A stretch of DNA of 64,000 nucleotides from an uncultured Phycisphaerales bacterium (GTDB lineage: Bacteria > Planctomycetota > Phycisphaerae > Sedimentisphaerales > Anaerobacaceae): NCBI GenBank assembly GCA_963772725.1, contig CAVYYI010000004.1, positions 160,001 to 224,000 of the forward strand, read 5' to 3'. Positions 37,886 through 49,242 of this stretch are shown here, in pieces (positions within the stretch are counted from its first letter, which is position 1; each line of letters opens with the position of its first letter). Both the position numbers and the translations under genes were made by a program. The notes under the pieces are model-generated. The model was not told the DNA's origin, did no database searches, and saw nothing but the letters and a program-made list of their open reading frames with translations.

Positions 37886-38477
37886 GGACAGTCGTATTAT
37901 TATATTTTATTGGTGACTGCGGGAGTCTTTCAACAGCCCCAAACTTCCTCAAATTTAGGTTTTTTTGAAAAATTTTCAGATTTTCCCGATGCAATTGCTG
38001 GAAGATTTTAATATTGTCGTGGAATTGCGGACTTACATCATGGCATTGGAAAGAGAAGAAATAGCAGAAAAGCACAAAGCCACAATATCCCTGTAAAGAA
38101 TTCTTAAAGGCGACAGTTGTTTGCGAAAGATTTAAATATGCAAACAGATTCTTCTTTGTTACTGGCAAGTAATTAAAATGGACATCGACAAATATTATTC
38201 AAATGGGGAAGAACAGAAAAGGGATTATATAAATTACAGTTATCTCTATTCTTTAGAGCCGCCAAGCTACAATTCTGTTGTACGGAGAAAAACCCCAGCG
38301 GCGGCAAATATTGACGATCTCGTTGGGCCTGTCTGGTTTGAAAAGATTATGAGGCAGTTGGATACCGATAAAAACAGGCCTCAAAAGCCAAATCGCCGAA
38401 AAGTATAAATACCAGTACATCTAAGAGTCTTTCATGAGCCCGAAACGCTGCTTGATAATCTCCATCTCTATGAATTA

Positions 38478-39513
38478 TTGGAGACTTTTATACCTGACTT
38501 TGTGCTGGGTTTTACCTTTTTCACGTCCATTGCCTATTCGGTCTTAGGCAAAAAATCTGAACGGCAAAGACCGGCTATAGCAATGTCTGCGAGCATGGGT
38601 TTTGCTCTATCGTTAGGGCTTGTATGGTGGGAAAAGGCAAACGGGCTTTCCATAAAAGATTTAGGCCCGATTGCAGTTGGCTTTGCGGTACTTGTTCTAT
38701 CCTTTGTAATGTACCAGTCCATAAAACAGGTTGGCGGCACCTGGGCTGGTATGGGTATCACGATAGGAGCATGTATATTAATAGCCCAAATGCTTAAATT
38801 GAGTCCGCCCGTCGATACTGAGATAATTCAAACCATTACCATAGCGGCTCTTATTATTGGGATACTTGCATTTATCTCACATTTACATGGCAAAGGTTAT
38901 AACTTTCCACGTGTATCGACAAACCTGCCGGATGCCCGTCGTAATATGGCGAATTTATACAGAGACCGGCACCTGTCAGACAGACTCTCACGAAGCATGC
39001 GAAATATACGCAGGGAAGCCAACTCTTTAAACGAACACCCGCAAGAAGCGGGCAATGTCCTTGTGCAGGCTAAAAAGAATGCTGCCGGCAGAAGGCTACC
39101 TGACCGAAAGAATGGCACAGCTTCGAGCAAAAGCTCACCAAATCCGCAATGGCCATATCGCAAGACTTGAGGAAACAAAAAATGTATTCTCAAAACTGCC
39201 CACATCAACAAAGAAAAGAGCCTCTCAAGAATTGGCCGCCAGATATGACCAGCTTGTTGGTATTGATACCCGGCTGGAACGGCTTGACAAATCCGTTGCT
39301 GAAAACGAGCGACGAATCAAAGAACTCACTGAACAAGCTCAAATTTATACAGCCAGACACGAACATCAAAAACTCACCGATACTCTCAAGGCCGCTGAAA
39401 AGCTCCAGAAGCACAACAGCGAGCTGTTCAAGATCATAAACCACACAGAAGGCCAGCTAACTGCCATAGCCAGGAAAATCGCAAAAGAGGCAAAACAGGT
39501 AAATAAACAATGA
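38478..39513 (+). CDS. Membrane protein with coiled-coil C-terminus; frameshift in an A-run ~39072
   Basis: Overlapping ORFs 38478-39170 (TM helices) and 39055-39513 (coiled coil) join at TAAAAAG. Confidence 0.65.
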
Positions 39514-39914
39514 TTGCTTCAAACACGACAGATTCTCTGGAAGCCAAAGTCAAGGATACTTTATACCCTTATAAATCCAAAGAACACAAAATCATAGCCG
39601 AGACCCTGAACCAGTACGGCATACCGTTTTTCTATCAACAGCCGACCCTTGTTATCGAAAATGGCAAAAAGATGATTGAATACGCAGACTTCTTTCTGCC
39701 CTCTTACCGCGGCCTTGCTATAGATTATATAATAGAATCCCACAGTGCGATCTACCGCAGAAAAAAGAACATCTACCAGGAAAATTCTGTCCCCGCTATA
39801 TTGGTCTCACGAAAGGATTTAATGCGGCCGGATTTCAATAGATCGCTCTACAAAACCCTACAAAGCTCATATCGCATTAGTACGCACTACCGAAGACGGG
39901 GCAAATATAGATAA
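39510..39914 (+). CDS. Hypothetical protein, degenerate PD-(D/E)XK-like fold
   Basis: KS.E..IA..L...GI.F.Y......ADFFLP......DY; ATGA overlap with the previous gene. Confidence 0.55.
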   Translation: MIASNTTDSLEAKVKDTLYPYKSKEHKIIAETLNQYGIPFFYQQPTLVIENGKKMIEYADFFLPSYRGLAIDYIIESHSAIYRRKKNIYQENSVPAILVSRKDLMRPDFNRSLYKTLQSSYRISTHYRRRGKYR

Positions 39915-39944
39915 CATTAGCCTTGTTTTTTTGAAACCCTACGC

Positions 39945-40075
39945 TTGACAAAAGAGCGAAATATATATAAATTTAACAATGTTTCTCAGATTATTGTCAA
40001 TTATCAACTAAAGTTTGCTTGACCTCATAGCGATATATATGTAATAATATCATATATATGTCAGCGTGTTGTCAA
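39945..40075 (+). promoter_or_regulatory. abiE promoter with two tandem inverted-repeat units
   Basis: TTGACA...TTGTCAA (39945-40000) and TTGACC...TTGTCAA (40019-40075), both with AGCGA/ATATATAT cores. Confidence 0.55.
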
Positions 40076-40089
40076 GTAAGGGCATAACA

Positions 40090-40896
40090 ATGAAAATAGA
40101 AGAATTTTTTAACAAAAATCCGGTTTTTACCATCGAAGAAGTAGACAGGTTTCTGGGTAAAAGAGGTAAAACCACTCCTTCGAGGCGTAATTCACTGCTG
40201 TCCTATTACCGCCGCCAGGGGCGAATCGTAAATGTCAGACGACAACTCTATGCCGTTACACCCTATGACAGCCCACCAGGAACCTGCCAGGTTGATTCCT
40301 TTTTGTTAGCAGCCAAAATGACCCCTGATGCGATACTGGCCTACCATACAGCACTGGAGTTTCATGGAAAGGCTTATTCGGTTTTTAACCGGTTTTACTA
40401 TCTATCTAATAAAAGGTCTATTCCGACTAAATTTGGCGATTATGAATTTCATTGCATCCTGATGCCGCTTGAACTTAGAAAAAATGGTAAAGAAAATTTC
40501 GGAGTAGAACAAGCCGAGCGTTCAGGTCTTGGTATAAAAGTTACCAGTCTGGAACGAACGCTCGTTGATGTTCTGGCTCGCCCTGATATTTCAGGCGGCT
40601 GGGAGGAAATCTGGCGATCCCTGGAATCCGTGGAGTTTTTTGATATCGATAAGGTAATCGAATACACTCTCTTGCTTGCTAATGCAACAACAGCCGCCAA
40701 AGTCGGACTATTTCTGGATCAGCACCGCCAGGCCCTTATGGTTGATGACAGTCACTTAAAACAGCTTTATAAATTGCGACCGCAACAACCACACTATCTC
40801 AACCGCAGTAAACGACAGCTGGGCCAACTGGTGTCAGACTGGAATCTTGTTGTACCAGAAAATATCCTTAACCGTTCATGGATGGAGGTAATATGA
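40090..40896 (+). CDS. abiEi: Type IV TA antitoxin / regulator AbiEi
   Basis: wHTH N-terminus (VFT...G.I..VRR.LY), AYHTALEFHG, TSLERTLVD; coupled to abiEii. Confidence 0.85.
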   Translation: MKIEEFFNKNPVFTIEEVDRFLGKRGKTTPSRRNSLLSYYRRQGRIVNVRRQLYAVTPYDSPPGTCQVDSFLLAAKMTPDAILAYHTALEFHGKAYSVFNRFYYLSNKRSIPTKFGDYEFHCILMPLELRKNGKENFGVEQAERSGLGIKVTSLERTLVDVLARPDISGGWEEIWRSLESVEFFDIDKVIEYTLLLANATTAAKVGLFLDQHRQALMVDDSHLKQLYKLRPQQPHYLNRSKRQLGQLVSDWNLVVPENILNRSWMEVI

Positions 40897-41867
40897 GAAT
40901 CTCTTCTGAAAAAATATCCGCAGAAGCCCGTAAAACAGGCTTCAGACCCAATGTGCTCGAAAAGGCGGCGCAATTACTGGGCTTACTCAATGCTCTCGAT
41001 AGTCATCCTTTTCTCAAAGGCAAGCTGGCTCTCAAAGGTGGAACTGCATTGAATCTTTTCATATTCGATGTGCCAAGACTTTCCGTTGATATTGATTTGA
41101 ACTATATTGGTCCCGAAGATCAGGATGGAATACTTATAAGTGCGCCCAAAATCGAACAGGCTCTTGGTGCTGTCTTTTCCCGTGAAGGATTCAATATCCG
41201 ACAAATGCCTGATGAACACGCCGGCGGCAAATGGCTTTTGCAGTATCAAAGCTCATCCGGCCAGTTATCAAATCTGGAAGTTGATATCAACTTCATGTTC
41301 CGTATCCCGTTATGGCCGATTGCCAAAATGGACTCTAAACTTTTGGGAGTATGGCAGGCTAAAGATATACCCATTGTGGATATTCACGAACTTGCAGCAG
41401 GCAAACTCGCAGCGTTATTGTTGCGCCGACAGGCCAGAGATTTATTCGACTGCCATCAAATCATGTACAAGGCAAATCTTGAGTGTAATAAACTTAGAAT
41501 TGCCTTTGTCGTATATGGCGCAATGAATCGTAAAGACTGGAGAACGGTTTCGCTGGAAAATATCAACTTTGATACCGATGATCTTATCAGACAGCTTTTT
41601 CCAACACTAAGCCATGACTCCGGTAAAGAACAAAAAGACTTTGCTGAATATGGCAAAAAACTTGTTGATGAATGCAAGCAGGCCCTTTCTGCAATTTTAC
41701 CATTTACAAAGCCTGAGGAGGAATTTTTAAATCTGCTGCTCGATAAAGGACAAATCGCCCCTGAACTTTTAACCGATGATACATCCCTTCAGGATCGTAT
41801 CCGAATGCATCCCATGATTAACTGGAAAGCGATTAATGTCCGACAACACAAGGGATTTACCAAATAA
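40893..41867 (+). CDS. abiEii: AbiEii nucleotidyltransferase toxin
   Basis: LKGGTALNLF...RLSVDIDL; KLAALL.R..ARDLFD. Confidence 0.92.
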   Translation: MRISSEKISAEARKTGFRPNVLEKAAQLLGLLNALDSHPFLKGKLALKGGTALNLFIFDVPRLSVDIDLNYIGPEDQDGILISAPKIEQALGAVFSREGFNIRQMPDEHAGGKWLLQYQSSSGQLSNLEVDINFMFRIPLWPIAKMDSKLLGVWQAKDIPIVDIHELAAGKLAALLLRRQARDLFDCHQIMYKANLECNKLRIAFVVYGAMNRKDWRTVSLENINFDTDDLIRQLFPTLSHDSGKEQKDFAEYGKKLVDECKQALSAILPFTKPEEEFLNLLLDKGQIAPELLTDDTSLQDRIRMHPMINWKAINVRQHKGFTK

Positions 41868-41882
41868 TATGGTCGCTGTTTA

Positions 41883-42278
41883 CTATACAATATCCAGCCA
41901 GGTAAGTACCTCGATAATAGTTTTTTCAGTGCCGGCAAAATCGGCAACTATTCTCTGACACATACCGGCAGCAGTCGGATTGGCGGCAACAAATATTATC
42001 TTGTCAAAGCCGTGATCTATGATCTTGGCCAGGTTATTCTTGATATCGGATTTGCCGGTCTCAATTTCAATCACAATCTGCTGACCTGGTCTGGTTGCCA
42101 AAATATCAACAGCGCCGTTGCCCTTAACAGGATGCTCGCACGTAACCTCATATCCTTTTTTCTCAAAGTATTTGGTCGTTTGCCTGACCCAGTAGCGATG
42201 CTCCATGCTCTCACGCGGCCTGGGGCCAATTTCAATATGTGCCGAAGAGCAGACTGTCCTGCCAGAGTCAGTTAGTTC
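41883..42278 (-). pseudogene. C-terminal PD-(D/E)XK nuclease-like fragment of a larger gene cut by IS66
   Basis: Frame open from the IS66 left end (ELTDSGR...); EH...GYEV..E...VDILA......IEIETG. Confidence 0.7.
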
Positions 42279-42366
42279 GTAACCGTCCGACCAAGTACAT
42301 ATTGTAAATGCTGATGAGGTAGGGATAATCGTTTTTGGTTTTGAGGTTTATTTAAGGAACAAAATC

Positions 42367-42720
42367 ATGAGCGATAATGGTAAAGTCACAAAAGCGGACC
42401 AGACCGAGTTCTGGAAAATGGTTTTGGAAACATACAAATCAAGCAATCTGTCAATTCATCAATTTTGCAAACAGGAAGGTCTTCACGAATGGGCATTTTA
42501 CTCTTGGCGTAGAAAGCTGGCAGGTCAGCAGCCTCAAAAATTCGTTACTCCAACAACACCAGATAATCCGGCATTTATCGAAGTTCCCGTCATACGCCCA
42601 AAGCCGCAGCCATTGGAACTTATACTAAGAAGCGGTCATATACTGAAAATACCCTCTGACATTGACCAGGGCACAATCAATAAGGTTTTCTCTGCATTAA
42701 AGGAAACACAGTTGTGCTGA
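42367..42720 (+). CDS. tnpA: IS66 accessory protein TnpA
   Basis: W......Y..S.LSI.QFC..EGL....FY.WRRKL; FIEV. Confidence 0.85.
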   Translation: MSDNGKVTKADQTEFWKMVLETYKSSNLSIHQFCKQEGLHEWAFYSWRRKLAGQQPQKFVTPTTPDNPAFIEVPVIRPKPQPLELILRSGHILKIPSDIDQGTINKVFSALKETQLC

Positions 42721-43073
42721 CTTTACCCTGTTCGGTACGTATTTTTGTCTCTGTTGATCCAACTGATATGCGTTGCAGTTTCGACCGTCTGGCCGCGATG
42801 ACACAAACTATTTTAGGGCAGGACCCTTTAAGCGGTCATCTGTTTGTATTTTTCAATCGTTACCGCGACAGATGCAAGATACTATTCTGGGACAGGACGG
42901 GGTTTTGTCTATGGTACAAAAGGCTGGAAGAGGGTGTATTTCGATTGCCGCATCATTCTTCAGTAAAATGTCTTGAGATGGATTTGGCAAGGCTGACGCT
43001 GGTTCTCGAGGGCATAGACCTTTGTTCGGCACATCAGCGAAAAAGATTTTCAATTGGAAACGGCATATTTTGA
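42714..43073 (+). CDS. tnpB: IS66 accessory protein TnpB
   Basis: PTDMRCSFDRL...DPLSGHLFVF.NR...KILFWD..G..L.YKRLE.G.F. Confidence 0.93.
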   Translation: MLTLPCSVRIFVSVDPTDMRCSFDRLAAMTQTILGQDPLSGHLFVFFNRYRDRCKILFWDRTGFCLWYKRLEEGVFRLPHHSSVKCLEMDLARLTLVLEGIDLCSAHQRKRFSIGNGIF

Positions 43074-43201
43074 TAATCTCAAAAAAAATATTTCACTTTT
43101 TTTTGAATATTATCATTATTTCTCTTGACATTATCCGATTATATGATATATAGGAGTCATCGTTACGGATAATGATGTAGAAAAAAGCTTTAACGGAATA
43201 A

Positions 43202-44748
43202 ATGATTACAACAAACACACCTATTACAGAACTGCCCAGCGACGTTGAAACCCTCAGAGAGATGGTTTTAAAACTGTTGGCTAATGTTGACGACCTCAAT
43301 CAGCAGCTGGCCTGGTTCAAGCGTCATGTATTCGGCAGAAGGAGCGAGAAGCTTGATCCTGCCCAGAGGCTGCTTTTTGAGGGTCTTTGTACAGAACTTG
43401 AGTCGAGGATTGCGGCAGAACAACAAAAGGCTGATGCATGTGTTGAAACGCCGAAACCAAAGAATGCCAGTCATCATGGCAGACGTCCTTTACCTGAGGA
43501 TTTACCCCGCCAGCGGATAGAGTATCATCCCCCGGAAGAGGAACTTATCTGCCCATCCTGCGGAAAAGAAAAACAGGTAATCGGCGAAGAGATAACAGAG
43601 CAGCTTGATTATGTGCCTGCATCATTTGTTGTTCGTCAGCATGTGCGCATTAAATATGCCTGCCCTGACTGCAAAGAAAATGTATCCATAGCAGAACTTC
43701 CTGCATTTCCCATAGAAAAGGGTCGTCCCGGGACAGGACTGCTTGCTCATATAATTACCAGCAAATATACCGACCACCTCCCGCTTAATCGTCAGGAGAA
43801 TATTTTCGGTCGGCATGATGTGGAAATCAGGCGTTCCACTATGTGTGACTGGGTAGGGCAATGTGCCGGTCTGCTTGAGCCTATCGCCAAAGAAATGAAG
43901 AGGCAGTTGTTAAAATCGCCTAAGATTCATACCGATGATACGACCATCCCTGTTCAGTGCAAGGATCGTAAAAGCACTTATGACGGTTATTTATGGGTAT
44001 ATGCCGATATGAGTGATAATGTTGTGTTCGATTTTACACCGACACGATGTCGGGATGGGCCTATCAATTTTCTGGGGAGTTACAGCGGATATATACAGGC
44101 GGATGCATACAAGGGTTACGACAAGCTCTTTGCCGAAGGCAGATGTACTGAGGTAGGCTGCTGGGGCATTGCAGGCGCAAGTTTGATGAGGCTATTGAGA
44201 CTGATAAGGAGCGAGCCGGGATTATGCTCGCATTGATAGGCAGTCTCTACGATGTGGAACGTGATGCAAAGAGACGTAACCTTGACGCTGACAGTATAAA
44301 GTCACTGCGTCAGGAAAAGAGTAAACCCATTCTCGAAGAGATTCGCAGAGTCATTGATAGCTGGTCGCTACAGATTTTGCCGAAGAGTCCAATTGGCAAG
44401 GCGATAAATTATGCACTTGGTCAGTGGAAAGCATTAAACAGATATATTGAGAACGGAATCCTTTCGATAGATAATAATCTTTCAGAACGGATTTTAAGAA
44501 TGGTTGTTCTCGGGCGTAAAAACTGGCTGTTTGCCGGCAATGAGAACGGAGCCCAAAGGGCAGCGACCATATACAGTCTGGTTGCAAGCTGCAAACTAAG
44601 TGATATTGACCCATTCGTATATTTCAGGGATGTTCTTGAACGTGTCAGCACGCACCCCAACAGCCGGATTGCCGAACTGACACCTCCAAACTGGAAAAAG
44701 CTGTATTTCAAATCTGTCACAGAAGCAAACCCAACTCAAAACAACTAA
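43202..44748 (+). CDS. tnpC: IS66 transposase TnpC, frameshifted ~44165 in the CWAH.RRKF motif
   Basis: FGRRSEK, CPSCG, KY.DHLPL.RQ, HTDDT, QADAY; second fragment has IDNN.SER...GRKNWLF. Confidence 0.9.
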
Positions 44749-44895
44749 ACGACAGCCCCATTCTTCGTAAAAATAAATTTCACTTGTGTACTATCCGCAA
44801 CCTGTAGTTGGTCGGACGGTTACCTTGAGATCAAAGAATTTTGATTTTGGATTAAAAAACCTCTGCGACCTTTGCGGCCTTGCGGTTAATTGGGA

Positions 44896-46620
44896 TTATT
44901 CAAACTGGATATCGGTAAGCGCCAGTTGGACGGAGGAACTGCCGTTATAAGTATTAATGTCAGGTTCGTAGGCGATGTTGAAAAACTGGTTTTCGAGCAG
45001 CTTTTTTTCGAGCTTTCCCATGCCAAAGCCGATGCAGCGGATTGTATGTTTGCTATCGGTTATCACAATTTGCAGATGGTCGCTGTTAGCCCCGACCCTT
45101 CGCGGCGGTGAGGCCAGTTTGACGCCTTTCGTGGCGAAAACAGGTCTTGGATTGCCCTGTCCGAATGGGGCCAGTGTGAGCAATTCTTCGACGGCCTGCC
45201 TGCGAAACTGGTTTAATGGAACCGCGGCGTCAATATGAAGTTTGTCGGCGACTTCCTCCTGGCTGAGATGTTCTTTTGCATAGGCCTCGATGTCGGCGGC
45301 GAAGTGTTCGATTTTTTGTGTTTCAATGGTTATGCCGGCGGCCATTTTGTGACCGCCGAAAGTTGTTAAATGATGTGAGCAGGCGGTAATTGCACCGAGC
45401 AGGTCGAAGCCTGCGATTGAGCGTCCGGAACCCTGGGCGATTCCGTTGGAGGCGTTTAGCATAATCGTTGGCCGATAGAATTTATCGACGATTCTCGAAG
45501 CGACGATACCTATAACGCCGGTATGCCAGTTTTCGCCCGCCAGGACGATGCTTTTTCTGTCGGGGTGGTTAAGTCCCTGCTGGGTAATCATTTCGCAGGC
45601 CTGCTTGAAGATTTTTCTCTCGTACTGCTGCCGCTGGGCGTTCTGTTCCTTGAGATATTCAGCAATTTGCGTCGAACGAATCGGGCTGTCGCATGTTAAA
45701 AGTTCGACGGCCAGTCGCGCGTGTCCCATTCTGCCGGCGGCGTTAAGTATCGGGGCGAGCCGAAAACCGATATGAAAGCTGTCAAGTCCGTGTCCTGTAA
45801 GTCCCGCTGTTTCTATCAAGGCCTGAATACCGGGCATTTTGCATTGCGGAAGGGCTTTGAGGCCGTAGTTGACCAGGATTCTGTTTTCGCCTCTAAGGTC
45901 AACGATATCGGCGACAGTACCCATAGCGGCAAGGCTTGTCGCATTGAGCATAAATTCTCGCAATTCGGTATCAAGCCTTGTACCGACCTTGAATTCATTC
46001 GCGATTGCCCATGCAAGTTTGAAGGCGACCATTGCGCCGGAGGCATCTTGGTTGGGATATGAGGCGTCCATCGCTGGATGAACAATTGCTAACGCTTTTG
46101 GTGTGTTATGGTCGGGACGATGATGGTCTGTGATTATCAGATCAACACCGGTTTGCGAGGCGGTTTCGGCGGCGTTTGCAGCGGTGATGCCGCAATCGAC
46201 GGTAACTAAAAGTTTTGTCCCGGATGCTGCCAGCTTTTTTACGGCTTCTGCGTTCAGGCCGTAACCTTCCTCGATTCTGTGGGGGATGTAATAATCCACG
46301 CTGCCTTTGAGGAGCTTTATAATCTGCCAGAGAATTGCCACGCCGGTGATTCCGTCAACATCGTAATCGCCATAGACAGTGATTTTCTCATTATTTTTGA
46401 TGGCGTGTTTTATTCGCGTTACCGCCTGCGGGATTCCCGGCATCCGCTCGGGGGCGATAAGTTCTGTCAGTTTGGGGTTGAGGAAAATTTTGGCGGTGTC
46501 GATATCGTTAACCCCGCGATTTATTAAAACCTGTGCGGTTACGGGAGAAATACTGAGAGATTTCGCGAGATTTTCCGCTCGGCTGTCTGCCGGTTTGATA
46601 ATCCATTGTTTCTTTTGCAT
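44896..46620 (-). CDS. recJ: Single-stranded-DNA exonuclease RecJ
   Basis: YGDYDVDG, TVDCG, ITDHH, GTVADIV, NAAGR, GSGRS, GGH..AAG, PFGQGNP. Confidence 0.96.
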   Translation of the reverse strand: MQKKQWIIKPADSRAENLAKSLSISPVTAQVLINRGVNDIDTAKIFLNPKLTELIAPERMPGIPQAVTRIKHAIKNNEKITVYGDYDVDGITGVAILWQIIKLLKGSVDYYIPHRIEEGYGLNAEAVKKLAASGTKLLVTVDCGITAANAAETASQTGVDLIITDHHRPDHNTPKALAIVHPAMDASYPNQDASGAMVAFKLAWAIANEFKVGTRLDTELREFMLNATSLAAMGTVADIVDLRGENRILVNYGLKALPQCKMPGIQALIETAGLTGHGLDSFHIGFRLAPILNAAGRMGHARLAVELLTCDSPIRSTQIAEYLKEQNAQRQQYERKIFKQACEMITQQGLNHPDRKSIVLAGENWHTGVIGIVASRIVDKFYRPTIMLNASNGIAQGSGRSIAGFDLLGAITACSHHLTTFGGHKMAAGITIETQKIEHFAADIEAYAKEHLSQEEVADKLHIDAAVPLNQFRRQAVEELLTLAPFGQGNPRPVFATKGVKLASPPRRVGANSDHLQIVITDSKHTIRCIGFGMGKLEKKLLENQFFNIAYEPDINTYNGSSSVQLALTDIQFE

Positions 46621-46769
46621 CCTTGCGGCCAACTGCATTGCTATCCTGCCTTGAATTCTGCTGTTGATTTAATACTCAGGCGTTAAATATACCAGAAAAA
46701 CGGCACTACGCAAGGAAAAACAGTAAGAAATTCAGAACACAGAATGCAGCAGTCAACGGAACGGACAGG

Positions 46770-48125
<1,356 letters not shown>

Positions 48126-48136
48126 ATTATTTTTAT

Positions 48137-48282
48137 CCGCACAGGTCGCGGAGTTCGCGGAGAAATAAAAAATTAGACAGGATTTACAGGATTTACAAAG
48201 ATAAAAAAAAGAGAAATAAAATACATTTTAATCTTGTTATCCGGTCTGAAAAATCTGTGTGAATCTGTGAAATCTGTGGTTA
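48137..48282. repeat. Intergenic 9-mer tandem/inverted REP-like repeats
   Basis: GTCGCGGAG/TTCGCGGAG, ACAGGATTT x2, AATCTGTG x3. Confidence 0.6.
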
Positions 48283-48303
48283 ACTCTTTAAAGGATTGAT
48301 ATT

Positions 48304-49140
48304 GTGAAAACAATGAAAGCGTTGTTTTTGGGTTGTTTGGTATGCCTGAGTATCTACGCAGGCGGGTGTTATGTTACAGGATTTCTGACTCCTGAAAGTC
48401 CGCCGGACGCTAACGAAGTTATTCAGGGTTACAGAAATGTGGCGTTGAATCAGACCACCTCGATTGAGGCTCTGGCGGCTATCAATCTGCCGAACTACGA
48501 GCTTGTCAGCCAGAGCAAAAACGTAATTGCGTCGGCCGGTGCGAAAAAAGACGGCTATGAACGCTGGTTTACGATGGTTGGTTTCAATGAGAACGAATTG
48601 ACTGCCAAGAGAAAATATCTTCTTACCGTTGATGAAAGGCCTAAATTTTTATTTGTCAGCCCGTGGGAAGGTCTTAGTTTCGACTGCAAAATGATATTTC
48701 CTGCCGAAGTGCTGAATAAGCCTTATAACAATGAGAATGCCAGGCGGATTGCTGTTATAAGGCAGGTGCTTGAAAGTTTCCGCAAAGACATAAAGGAAGT
48801 AAATCAGGACAATAAGGTTCTCTCTACGACGGGTATGATGGTTAATCAGGCCTTTGAAACGGTTCTCGTTCAGCTTGACGCTTCGCCTGCGCCGGCAGCG
48901 TGGCTCGATGACCCGAATAAAGGCGTGGAATTTCATCATATTAACATGGACAGGGGAAAAATCTTTCAGACTATTTCCGATGATACTGTAATCATCAGGA
49001 TGAGACTTGGTTCTTATGCGAAGAAATTCAAGCTGTATTTTGAGCAGGAAGCACTCGAACCCGGAAAAGGTTCAAGACCCCAATATAACACGACAAAAAT
49101 AATTCAAAAATCAAAGTTAAAAATGCAAAACTTGTCCTGA
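48304..49140 (+). CDS. Hypothetical lipoprotein
   Basis: Hydrophobic signal ending AGGC. Confidence 0.75.
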   Translation: MKTMKALFLGCLVCLSIYAGGCYVTGFLTPESPPDANEVIQGYRNVALNQTTSIEALAAINLPNYELVSQSKNVIASAGAKKDGYERWFTMVGFNENELTAKRKYLLTVDERPKFLFVSPWEGLSFDCKMIFPAEVLNKPYNNENARRIAVIRQVLESFRKDIKEVNQDNKVLSTTGMMVNQAFETVLVQLDASPAPAAWLDDPNKGVEFHHINMDRGKIFQTISDDTVIIRMRLGSYAKKFKLYFEQEALEPGKGSRPQYNTTKIIQKSKLKMQNLS

Positions 49141-49242
49141 GCGAAGTCGAAGGATTGTTGAATCCCGACTTCTTCGGGATAATATTCTTATTGCGTTCGG
49201 CAGATTTCCCATTTTTGCAAAAGTTCCGTTATATATTTGTTT

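Larger units (their letters stand above)
1..44823. mobile_element. Mosaic genomic island / decayed ICE-like region (left border outside window)
   Basis: Contains IS21 x2, IS30 remnant, IS66, a tyrosine recombinase, ardC, AbiE and many hypotheticals. Housekeeping genes resume right after the IS66 right end. Confidence 0.75.
42279..44823 (+). mobile_element. IS66-family insertion sequence (2545 bp)
   Basis: 21-bp IRs GTAACCGTCCGACCAA(G/C)TACA with 1 mismatch; tnpA-tnpB-tnpC; no 8-bp TSD. Confidence 0.95.

Noticed and set aside
38178..38408. 76-aa ORF
   Set aside because: No RBS or recognisable motif; coding status uncertain.
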